Of a DNA stretch of 32,000 nt, positions 1-7,136 are shown piece after piece. A program made the translations under genes and the position numbers. The notes under the pieces were generated by a model, which made no database searches, was not told the origin of the DNA, and saw only the letters and a program-made list of their open reading frames with translations. The stretch is from Ktedonobacterales bacterium (GTDB taxonomy: Bacteria > Chloroflexota > Ktedonobacteria > Ktedonobacterales > JADMIN01), in contig CP126532.1 in the NCBI GenBank assembly GCA_030167145.1, forward strand, positions 4,650,001-4,682,000, written 5' to 3'. Each line of letters opens with the position of its first letter. Positions within the stretch are counted from its first letter, which is position 1.

Positions 1-43
1 GGCGTTGCTACGGAAGAACCGCACGGAATAGCCGGACACGCTG

Positions 44-1165
44 CTATGCGCCGGTGATTTGCCGCCACGCCACATGCCACGATTGCCCGCCGTCGGTGGT
101 TTGCAGGATGACGCCGCTGGTGGCACAGACAGCGCCCTGGCAGGTGTAGAACGGGCGCAACGCCGCCCAGCCAGTCGTATCGCCCGCCAGAACGAGTGTG
201 CCGGTAGCGCCGAGTGTCAGGCTGGGCTGGGAGACGCTATAGCGGATCGGCGTCCAGGTGCGCCCCGTGTCGTGCGTGCCATAGAGTTGCGCGCCGTCGA
301 GCAGCCAGCCATTCACACCGTGGAACGTGAACATTGGCGTGGGGTTGCCCTGGTCGGGCGTCGTGAAGTGAGCCGCGCGTGCCCAAGTGGCGCCACCGTC
401 ATGCGTGGCGAGCAGATCAAGTGTGGTATTCGTGGCGATGGGCAGATAGCCGTCCCGTGCGCTGGTGAAGACTGGCAGCCCAACCGCGCTAGTCCCCGCC
501 TGTACGATGATGCCGTCCGCAATCACGTGTTGCTGCCAGGTGTGACCGCCATCGTGAGTCGCATAGAGTTGATATGGCGCGGCGGTCACATTCGACCCCA
601 CCAGCCAGCCAATGGACGGATCAGAGAAGTGAAAGGTACCCGCGACACTCAGCGTGGAGAGCCGCCGCCAGGTTGCGCCGCCGTCGCTGGTACCGTAGAG
701 CGCGGAATCTTGGGCATTCATGGTTTGGCCAGTATTCACCAGCAGCCAGCCATGCCACGGGTCAAGAAACTGGATCGCCGCCGGGCTATATTGTGGTACA
801 GGAACCCTGAGACGCACGCTGGTCCAGGTCGTTCCGGCATCCACGGTCTTGTAGATGGTGATAGCTGAGGCGGAATGACTTGCCGCGACCCATCCACGCG
901 CGCTGGTGAGAAAGCTGGCGGCAACGGACGCGCTAGCGTCTATTCCCGATGGCGTGGCATCGCGCCAGGTTGCGCCGCCGTCGGCGGTCACAAGCACACG
1001 CCCGTTGACGACCGCTGCGCCAGACGACGTGAGGCTGGGCGGAGTCGCAAGCACTGGCGCGCGCAACGCCCCTGCTGTCACCTGCGCGCACCCGCTCAGC
1101 GTCAGCACCAACGCCAGCACAATCAGCGTGACACCTCCCACCATGTTCCCATGAAGTTTCCTCAC
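44..1165 (-). CDS. Secreted lipoprotein with seven BNR/Asp-box repeats (Ycf48/sialidase-like beta-propeller)
   Basis: 373-aa ORF. The signal peptide ends in the lipobox LTLSGC. Seven S/T-x-D-x-G-x-T-W repeats: TADGGATW, TVDAGTTW, TSDGGATW, THDGGHTW, THDGGATW, THDTGRTW, TTDGGQSW. GTG start at 1165 with AGGAGG about 8 nt upstream. Confidence 0.8.
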   Translation of the reverse strand: MRKLHGNMVGGVTLIVLALVLTLSGCAQVTAGALRAPVLATPPSLTSSGAAVVNGRVLVTADGGATWRDATPSGIDASASVAASFLTSARGWVAASHSASAITIYKTVDAGTTWTSVRLRVPVPQYSPAAIQFLDPWHGWLLVNTGQTMNAQDSALYGTSDGGATWRRLSTLSVAGTFHFSDPSIGWLVGSNVTAAPYQLYATHDGGHTWQQHVIADGIIVQAGTSAVGLPVFTSARDGYLPIATNTTLDLLATHDGGATWARAAHFTTPDQGNPTPMFTFHGVNGWLLDGAQLYGTHDTGRTWTPIRYSVSQPSLTLGATGTLVLAGDTTGWAALRPFYTCQGAVCATSGVILQTTDGGQSWHVAWRQITGA

Positions 1166-1250
1166 CCGAACCGCCTCCTATCACCTTTGCGTCCTCATAC
1201 TACTCCCTTCTTTATGACGCGACCGCAGACGGCAGTTGATGTGAACTTCG

Positions 1251-2363
1251 TCACACCAGCGCAGAATGGATGAAGGCAGCGCAGAGCGCGTGGAAGGTGG
1301 CGAGGCTGGTGAGGTCGAGCTGTTCGTCGGGGCCGTGCCAGCCGGAGCAGACGGGCTGGAAGATCAGCGTGGGGACGCCAGCGACGGCGAAGAAGCGCGC
1401 ATCCGATGCGCCCGCCTCGCGGCAGAGCGGCAGCGGCCCACCGGTGACACGGCTGGCGGCGGCTTGTACGTGGGTGACGTAGGGTGACGCGGTATCCAGC
1501 AGGAAGGGCGGCGCGTGCATCGTCACCTCGGCGCTAATGGCGTAGCGACGCAGGCGGCGCTGGAGGTCGGGAAGCAGCACAGCGAACGCATCGGGGCCGG
1601 TGGCGGGATAGCGGATGTCCAGGGTGGCTTCGGCGTGGGCGGGGATGCTGTTGCCCGCGTTACCGCCGTCCGAGACCTGGGTGAGCGCGATGGAGACACG
1701 CCAGTCGTCCTCGGCGCGGGGCGGTGGATAGGCGCGCAGCAGCGCCCGATAGCCCGCATACAGTTGTTCGAGCGCGTTCACCCCTAGCCACGGACGCGCC
1801 CCATGCGCCGCCGTGCCCTCAGCCGTCAGGCGCAGCCGCAACGCGCCCTTCTGCTCGGCGACCAGCCGCATATTCGCGCCGCCATCTGGCAGCAGCGCCA
1901 CGTCGGGACGCCAGGGTAGCTGGCCGAGGACATAGCCCGTGCCATGCATGCCACCATCCTCTTCGTCTGTCGTCAGCAGCAGGCCCAAGCCCGGCTGCGG
2001 CGCGCTGGTGAAGAGATCGAGCAGCGCAGCAATCGGACCCTTCATATCGGCGACGCCGCGCCCGGCGAGCCGGTTGCCTGGCAGGCGCTTTGCCAGAAAG
2101 GCGTCGTCGCTGGCGGCGGGCACCACGTCCAGATGGCCGCAGAGCAGCACGCGCGGCGGCGCATCGCCCAGCCAGCAGAGCAGCGATGAGCTGCCGTTGG
2201 ATACGAACTCGCGCATCCGCGCCTCTGGCAGCCGATCAGTAGTCCACCCGCGCACCCATGCCAGACATTCGGCAATCGCGGCGGGATTGGTGGCGACGGT
2301 TGGGAAGCGCACGAGGTCGGCGGTGAGCGCCGCCAGCCGTTCGCGCAAGGTGGGCGCGCTCAC
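1251..2363 (-). CDS. M20-family metallopeptidase (ArgE/DapE-like deacylase)
   Basis: Motifs LLCGHLDVVPA, GRGVADMKG and TTDEEDGG are typical of M20 zinc peptidases. The likely start is GTG at 2363, which overlaps the upstream gene's TGA (GTGA overlap). The ORF track extends to 2414. Confidence 0.8.
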   Translation of the reverse strand: MSAPTLRERLAALTADLVRFPTVATNPAAIAECLAWVRGWTTDRLPEARMREFVSNGSSSLLCWLGDAPPRVLLCGHLDVVPAASDDAFLAKRLPGNRLAGRGVADMKGPIAALLDLFTSAPQPGLGLLLTTDEEDGGMHGTGYVLGQLPWRPDVALLPDGGANMRLVAEQKGALRLRLTAEGTAAHGARPWLGVNALEQLYAGYRALLRAYPPPRAEDDWRVSIALTQVSDGGNAGNSIPAHAEATLDIRYPATGPDAFAVLLPDLQRRLRRYAISAEVTMHAPPFLLDTASPYVTHVQAAASRVTGGPLPLCREAGASDARFFAVAGVPTLIFQPVCSGWHGPDEQLDLTSLATFHALCAAFIHSALV

Positions 2364-4147
2364 TCTGGCTCCGGTCCATACTGGCCGTTCGCCAGCATGT
2401 CGGTGCCGGTCCACATGCGCTGGAAGCTATCCACCGCCTCGGCCTGCGACATGATGCGCGGCTGGCAGCGGTCCTGGTCAATTACCGGCACAAAGCGCAC
2501 GCTCACCAGCGTTGTGCCGCGCCAGTAGAGGTGCAGCAGCATGCCTTCGAGGGTCTGGCGCGACCAGTCCTGGTCGAAGATGAAGTTGCCCATCGAATAG
2601 ATGATGAGCTTGCCTTTGTAGGTTTCGATGCCCTGAATCCAGTGCGGGTGGTTGCCGAGCACCATATCTGCGCCCGCGTCTATGGCGCTGCGCGCGATGT
2701 GCTGCTGCACGTCGGTCGGGTCTTTGGTGTATTCGATGCCCCAGTGGAAGTAGGGTATCACTAGATCGGCCTGTTTGCGCGCGGAGGCGATGTCATCGGG
2801 CAGCGTATCGAGGTCAATCGGCGCGAGTCCGGCGACACCTGCGGCGGCATAGGGACCTTGCGGCGCGATCATGTCGTAGCCGAGCATGGCGACGCGCACG
2901 CCCTTGATGGTGACGAGCGAAGGCGCGCGTGCTTCGTCGAGATTCTTGCCACCGCCGGTGGTGCCGATGCCGTTCTTCTGGAGGTTGGCGATCATGTCCA
3001 GATAGGGGGTGGGACCAAAGCCATTGGAATGATTGTTGGCCACCGTAAGCATCTGGAAACCAGCATAGGTGAGGCCGCTGATCGCTTTGGTTGAGGTGGC
3101 GAAGTAGAAGGTGCTGGGGTCGGACGGGATCGGCGCAAGGTCGCTGACGCAGCATTCGAGGTTGGCGACGCGCAGGTCCGCGCTCTGTAACTCGTCGCGC
3201 ATCTTGCGATAGGGGTAGAGGTAATCGCGATAGCCGACCATCTTGGTATTGACGGTGCGACCTAGCATGATGTCGCCGACAGCGGCCATATCCAGCACGG
3301 GTGTGGCGGCGGCGAGGACCGAGGCCAGCGTGGCGGCGAGCGCCTTGCTATCCAGACCGGCCTTGACGAGCGACTGATGAACGCCGAGCGTGAGGGTGAA
3401 CGGCGTGATCTTCGCGGTGGTGGCGTCGCCGCGCCCCTGGGCGGGATAGATGCCGTCTATGCCGAGGTTGCGCAGCCGCCACTCTGCTGCTTCAACGGGA
3501 ACCAGCGCGAGGCTGCCCGGCTGGCCGCGCATCTGGCTTAGCAGCGCGGCGATTCCCTTGATGGAGCGGATGCCGCTCGCCGCCGTCACGCTAGCGGGCA
3601 GCGCCACGCCATCCAGGGCGAAGAGGTGGACGCCGAGGCTGTACGGCGCGCCTACGGCCTGCCAGTCTGTCACCTGCCCACTGAGCAGCGCGTGCATCTG
3701 GTCGGAGGTGATGTTGTCTACGGGCACGCGCATATGGGTGAGCGCAGTGGCGGGTGAGGCGCCGATAGGCAGGGCGGCATAGCCAGCGGGGACGGCGCCG
3801 AAGGTGAGCACGAAGTCGGTATCGGACGCGAGCGTGGATGCGGCGGTGACGCCCGATAGCCCAGCGGCGTTGCCGATGCGCGCGGTTGTGGCGGCGGCAA
3901 GCGCGGTCGGGACGGTGGCATCGGCGAAGAGCGTGGCGGTGCGGCGCAAGGCGAACGGCGTATGCGTGGGGGTGGGGACGACGTGCGCGACGGAGGGTGC
4001 GCAGCCCGCGACGGCCAGCGCGGCGGCCACCGTACCCGCCGTGACGATCAGCTCGCGGCGCGTTATCCGCAGGGCAGGCGATTCCTGACCACTCTCCGCC
4101 GACTCTTCCGCCAGTTTGGGCGTAGGTTCTCGCATCGTCTCACTCAT
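2360..4147 (-). CDS. Tat-signal CapA/PgsA-family metallophosphoesterase with an N-terminal periplasmic-binding-protein-like domain
   Basis: 595 aa. Twin-arginine leader RITRRELIVTAGTVAAALAVAGC. C-terminal half has CapA motifs AAVGDIMLGR, ANLECCVS, ANNHSNGFG and GNHPHW. The N-terminal half has a PstS-like segment ITSDQMHALLSGQVTDWQAVG. ATG at 4147 follows a GGGGAAGAGG Shine-Dalgarno site. Confidence 0.8.
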   Translation of the reverse strand: MSETMREPTPKLAEESAESGQESPALRITRRELIVTAGTVAAALAVAGCAPSVAHVVPTPTHTPFALRRTATLFADATVPTALAAATTARIGNAAGLSGVTAASTLASDTDFVLTFGAVPAGYAALPIGASPATALTHMRVPVDNITSDQMHALLSGQVTDWQAVGAPYSLGVHLFALDGVALPASVTAASGIRSIKGIAALLSQMRGQPGSLALVPVEAAEWRLRNLGIDGIYPAQGRGDATTAKITPFTLTLGVHQSLVKAGLDSKALAATLASVLAAATPVLDMAAVGDIMLGRTVNTKMVGYRDYLYPYRKMRDELQSADLRVANLECCVSDLAPIPSDPSTFYFATSTKAISGLTYAGFQMLTVANNHSNGFGPTPYLDMIANLQKNGIGTTGGGKNLDEARAPSLVTIKGVRVAMLGYDMIAPQGPYAAAGVAGLAPIDLDTLPDDIASARKQADLVIPYFHWGIEYTKDPTDVQQHIARSAIDAGADMVLGNHPHWIQGIETYKGKLIIYSMGNFIFDQDWSRQTLEGMLLHLYWRGTTLVSVRFVPVIDQDRCQPRIMSQAEAVDSFQRMWTGTDMLANGQYGPEPE

Positions 4148-4262
4148 CGTCAGCCTCTTCCCCGCACGTCACCTGTCAACACCTGAACCTTCCTTCGCCA
4201 TTATTGGGCCACGCCCCAGGCGCGTCAATAGCCTGAATGGCGCGGCGGACCTCTCCCCCCGG

Positions 4263-4326
4263 CCCCCTCCCCGCCTCGGAACGGCTTGGCGGGGCTTCGC
4301 GTTGCTCGCCCTGCGAGGGGAGGGGG
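4263..4326. repeat. GC-rich nested inverted repeat (REP-like hairpin)
   Basis: CCCCCTCCCC (4263-4272) is the exact reverse complement of GGGGAGGGGG (4317-4326). An inner perfect 7-bp stem pairs CCCCGCC (4269-4275) with GGCGGGG (4288-4294). Confidence 0.6.
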
Positions 4327-4576
4327 AGCAGCGGCAGTGGCCGAAGTGGCCGATTTTGGGCGCATACCCAGTTGCCGATTTTGCCGATTTTCGTGGTTGA
4401 GTAGCGAGGTGAATGACGGGATGTGACGAGAAATGGGTGGAGATGGGCGGAGAATTTTCGCCGTTTTCGCCGCAGTTTTGTGTTGGTCGCAGTTGCCGAA
4501 ATGGCCGATGTGGCCGCAGATGCAATTGCCGATTCTGCCGGTTTGCGCAGGGAGCACGATAGGTGGTGAGGCTAGG

Positions 4577-4596
4577 CCGTAGCATGGATGCTACGG
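4577..4596. repeat. 20-bp palindrome CCGTAGCAT-GG-ATGCTACGG
   Basis: Perfect 9-bp arms around a 2-nt centre, read directly. Confidence 0.6.
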
Positions 4597-4694
4597 GTAA
4601 TCCCGGTCGAAGGGGTGTGGCCGGAGTGGCAGATACGGTAGATATGGGAGTTGCCGATTCTGCCGATTTTCGCAATTGTGTGCGAGCGGCTGCG

Positions 4695-4826
4695 GTGGCC
4701 GCAGTGTGCACGGGCAGACAAGAATGTCCGCCCCACCAGTGGCCGCAGTGTGCACGGGCAGACAAGAATGTCCGCCCCACCAGTGGCCGCAGTGTGCACG
4801 GGCAGACAAGAATGTCCGCCCCACCA
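4695..4826. repeat. Perfect 44-bp tandem repeat x3, each unit carrying a GGGCAGACA-AGAA-TGTCCGCCC hairpin
   Basis: The unit gtggccgcagtgtgcacgggcagacaagaatgtccgccccacca is identical at 4695-4738, 4739-4782 and 4783-4826. Each unit starts with the 9-mer GTGGCCGCA of the neighbouring array family. Confidence 0.9.
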
Positions 4827-4992
4827 GTGGCCGCAGTGGCCGAAATGGCCGAATTTCGATGAAAGCGACATGCTTGTCCGCTTCACCAATGGCTGATTTT
4901 TCATGGGAAGATGCGCTCCTTGCGGTGAGGGTGGGGACCGCTTGGGGGTAGTGTAGCATGCGGTGGGGGATGCGCGGCGGAGACGTGTGTGG

Positions 4993-5418
4993 TCAGATGC
5001 GGTCAGATGGGGACGCGAGGATGAGAGGATGAGAGGATGAGAGGATGAGAGGATGAGAGGATGAGAGGATGAGAGGCGGCGACATCGGGACGGCTGCGTT
5101 TGCCACGGGCAGCACCATGCGCTCCACGCCATCCACCATGTGGGTGCCGACGGTGTTCATCAGCGCGTTGTAGGCGCCGCGCTCTTGTATGACCCAGCGT
5201 GAGGCGTTGCAGGCGATGGTGACCATGAGCAGGAAGGCGGAGCGGCGGCGCAGTTCACGGTCAATCTCGCTGGTGAGGTCATGCCCGCGTTGCCCGTTGA
5301 CCAGATCAATCCACACGTCAATGCCACGGGCGCGCAAGGCGTCGGCGTAGCGGGCGCAGACGGCGTTGTCGGCGTGGGCGTGGCTGGTGAAGACGGAGCG
5401 ATAGGTGGGTGTGGGCAT
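4993..5418 (-). CDS. Small standalone TIR-domain protein
   Basis: 141 aa. TIR hallmarks: SVFTSHAHADN (the VF-S-x-x-x-x-D start), RGIDVWID, AFLLMVT..NASRWVIQE (conserved W and the glutamate four residues later), and MVLPV at the domain end. ATG at 5418 follows AAGGGGGA 9 nt upstream. The last ~30 codons are encoded by the octanucleotide repeat (PLILSSSH x3). Confidence 0.65.
   Translation of the reverse strand: MPTPTYRSVFTSHAHADNAVCARYADALRARGIDVWIDLVNGQRGHDLTSEIDRELRRRSAFLLMVTIACNASRWVIQERGAYNALMNTVGTHMVDGVERMVLPVANAAVPMSPPLILSSSHPLILSSSHPLILASPSDRI
5018..5076. repeat. Octanucleotide microsatellite (AGGATGAG)x7 plus a partial unit
   Basis: Seven perfect 8-bp units at 5018-5073, then AGG. 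It lies inside the 3' end of the TIR ORF. Immediately downstream is a 10-bp duplication, ggtcagatgc/ggtcagatgg (4991-5010), which contains the stop codon. Confidence 0.9.
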
Positions 5419-5485
5419 GACGGTGATTCCCCCTTCATCAGAGAGCGGGCGGTTGAAACCGCGCCTCTATGGCCTGCGGCCACAA

Positions 5486-5503
5486 AACCCGCCTTCGCGG
5501 GTT
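5486..5503. repeat. Perfect hairpin AACCCGC-CTTC-GCGGGTT within a REP-like module (about 5441-5512)
   Basis: 7-bp stem and 4-nt loop, read directly. The flanks (gttgaaaccgcgcctctatggcctgcggccacaaa) look like a short interspersed element rather than coding sequence. Confidence 0.5.
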
Positions 5504-5585
5504 GGAGACAGAGTGCGTGATGGAACGAGAGTGGGCGTCCGATGGACGGCATATACCGTGATCCCCACCGCTGGATACCACAGCA

Positions 5586-5605
5586 GGCAGACACGAATGT
5601 CTGCC
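5586..5605. repeat. Perfect hairpin GGCAGACA-CGAA-TGTCTGCC, same family as the 44-bp repeat core
   Basis: 8-bp stem and 4-nt loop. It differs from the 4695-4826 hairpin cores by only a few bases. Confidence 0.7.
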
Positions 5606-6044
5606 GCACCGCAGAGGCCGGCGGGACGCCAGCGGTACAAGGAGTCCGCCGCACTGCCGGACAGGGCTGCTTGTAGGCGCAGTGTACGATATGGGGAGCG
5701 CGAATGGAAGAGCCGCGCATTCGGCAGTGAGATGAGCGCGCAGGGCGCACTATTCCTGGATAGCATTTCTCAACTGAAGGCTGCGGATCATCCTGGTGAG
5801 CCAGAGTGCTCCGCCAGGCATCGGACCGATACAGGTGCTCAGCGCCATCATTACGTGATGTAGTTGTTAAACGACATCATGGCCGAGATATAGTGAGGTT
5901 CTTGACCCCATCCGGGACAGCGTGTACCATCTGGACACATCCGAAACAATCGGCCCAGCGACGCGCCCTGATACCACAGGAGCCGGACACATCGCGGTGT
6001 CTGCTCGCAGATGTGACCCCGAAACATCTCACGAGGAGATACCC

Positions 6045-7136
6045 ATGATCGATCGCTTCGAGACAACACCCCTGCCACGCCGCATACCCGTCACTGTCCT
6101 TGGCGCAACCGGACTCGTCGGCCAGCGCCTGATCGCTCTGCTCGCGGAGCATCCCTGGTTTGTGCTCGCGCACGTCACTGGCTCAGCCCGCACCCAGGGC
6201 ATGCGCTACGGCGATGCCGTGCGCTGGCGCGTCGAGACCCCACCACCCTCCGCCGCCCTGGACTTGCCTGTCGAGCCGCCCACCCCCGCCGCATCGCTCG
6301 CCGGTCACATCGTCTGTTCGGCGCTGCCCGCCAGCGAAGCCGAGACCATCGAGCCGCTCTATGCCGCCGCGGGCGCGCTCGTCTTCAGCAACGCCTCCGC
6401 CTACCGCATGGCGGCAGATGTTCCGCTCATCATCCCAGAGATCAACCCCGATCACCTCGCCGCGTTGGCCACCCAGCGCCAGCGGCGCGGCTGGTCCGGC
6501 GCGTTGGTCACCAACCCCAACTGCTCCACCATCGGCCTGGCGCTCGCCCTCGCCCCCCTGCAACGCTTCGGCTTGCGCCGTGTGCTCGTCACCACACTGC
6601 AAGCCGCATCCGGCGCGGGCTACCCTGGCGTCGCCTCGCTGGACCTGCTGGATAACGTCATCCCCTACATCGGCGGCGAAGAAGACAAAATCGAGACCGA
6701 AACCCGCAAGATTCTTGGCGCCTGGTCAGACACGGCGTTCGCCCCCATCCCCGCCGATGCCATGCGCATCAGCGCTACCTGCACCCGTGTCCCCGTGCGC
6801 GATGGCCACCTCGAAACCGTCAGCGTCGAATTCGACGAGCGCGTTACCCCGGACGACATCATCGCCGCCTGGCAAGCCTACGCGGGCGAGCCGCAGCAGC
6901 GGCAGTTGCCCACCGCGCCGCCGCAGCCTCTGGTCTATCGCAAAGACGCCGCCCGCCCGCAGCCGCTCTATGACCGGCTCGCCGGGCACGGCATGGCCGT
7001 CACGCTGGGGCGGCTGCGCCCCTGCGAGGTGCTGGATTACAAATTCGTCTGCCTCAGCCACAACACCATTCGCGGCGCGGCGGGCGCGGCGCTGCTCAAT
7101 GCTGAGCTAGCCTATGCACGCGGGCTGCTCGCCTGA
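6045..7136 (+). CDS. asd: Aspartate-semialdehyde dehydrogenase
   Basis: VLGATGLVGQRL NAD(P)-binding start, active-site region NPNCSTIGL, SATCTRVPVRDGH, and LSHNTIRGAAGAA. ATG at 6045 follows AGGAG. The ORF-track extension back to 5922 has no support. Confidence 0.9.
   Translation: MIDRFETTPLPRRIPVTVLGATGLVGQRLIALLAEHPWFVLAHVTGSARTQGMRYGDAVRWRVETPPPSAALDLPVEPPTPAASLAGHIVCSALPASEAETIEPLYAAAGALVFSNASAYRMAADVPLIIPEINPDHLAALATQRQRRGWSGALVTNPNCSTIGLALALAPLQRFGLRRVLVTTLQAASGAGYPGVASLDLLDNVIPYIGGEEDKIETETRKILGAWSDTAFAPIPADAMRISATCTRVPVRDGHLETVSVEFDERVTPDDIIAAWQAYAGEPQQRQLPTAPPQPLVYRKDAARPQPLYDRLAGHGMAVTLGRLRPCEVLDYKFVCLSHNTIRGAAGAALLNAELAYARGLLA

Larger units (their letters stand above)
4335..4858. 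repeat. Dispersed arrays of a 9-bp-periodic motif [G/T]TGCCGA[A/T]N / GTGGCCGNN (about 25-bp modules)
   Basis: Five modules were read directly. 4335-4359: cagtggccgaagtggccgattttgg. 4369-4393: cagttgccgattttgccgattttcg. 4490-4547: cagttgccgaaatggccgatgtggccgcagatgcaattgccgattctgccggtttgcg. 4648-4672: gagttgccgattctgccgattttcg. 4825-4858: cagtggccgcagtggccgaaatggccgaatttcg. Related copies are ttttcgccgttttcgccg (4456-4473) and a degenerate copy near 4617-4634. Confidence 0.7.

Noticed and set aside
4695-4858. Possible CRISPR array (12-bp repeat with 32-bp spacers)
   Set aside because: The three 'spacers' are identical to each other, the repeat is far too short, and no cas genes or leader are present. 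This is a tandem duplication, not a CRISPR array.
4927-4966. G-quadruplex-capable run (GGG-T-GGGG-N7-GGGGG-N15-GGGGG) downstream of the TIR stop
   Set aside because: One loop is 15 nt, and G-tracts of this kind are expected at about 65% GC. This is not distinguishable from background without a genome-wide comparison.
4169-5132. Track ORFs 4169-4780(-), 4225-4557(-), 4572-5132(-), 4591-4959(-) and the plus-strand ORFs through the repeat nest
   Set aside because: They overlap one another in several frames. They consist of translated tandem or hairpin repeats (IGHFGHC, WGGHSCLPVHTAAT, PLILSSSH) and lack Shine-Dalgarno-led starts. The region is better explained as non-coding repeats.
5405-5863. 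152-aa plus-strand ORF and 5160-5750(-) / 5467-5766(-) ORFs upstream of the TIR gene
   Set aside because: They are built from the hairpin modules, overlap each other and the TIR gene in other frames, and have no recognisable domains.
5922-6044. N-terminal extensions of track ORFs: asd from 5922, usp from 21739, coaX from 30527, usp-like from 21970
   Set aside because: In each case an internal ATG with a good Shine-Dalgarno site coincides with the start of the conserved domain. The upstream residues are unconserved-looking and overlap promoter or repeat sequence.
4148-6044. Replication-origin or partition-site interpretation of the repeat nest
   Set aside because: I found no DnaA-box-like TTATCCACA/TGTGGATAA sequences and no AT-rich unwinding element. 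There is also no dnaA, dnaN or parAB nearby. An iteron-like function of the 9-mers remains possible, but an oriC assignment is unsupported.
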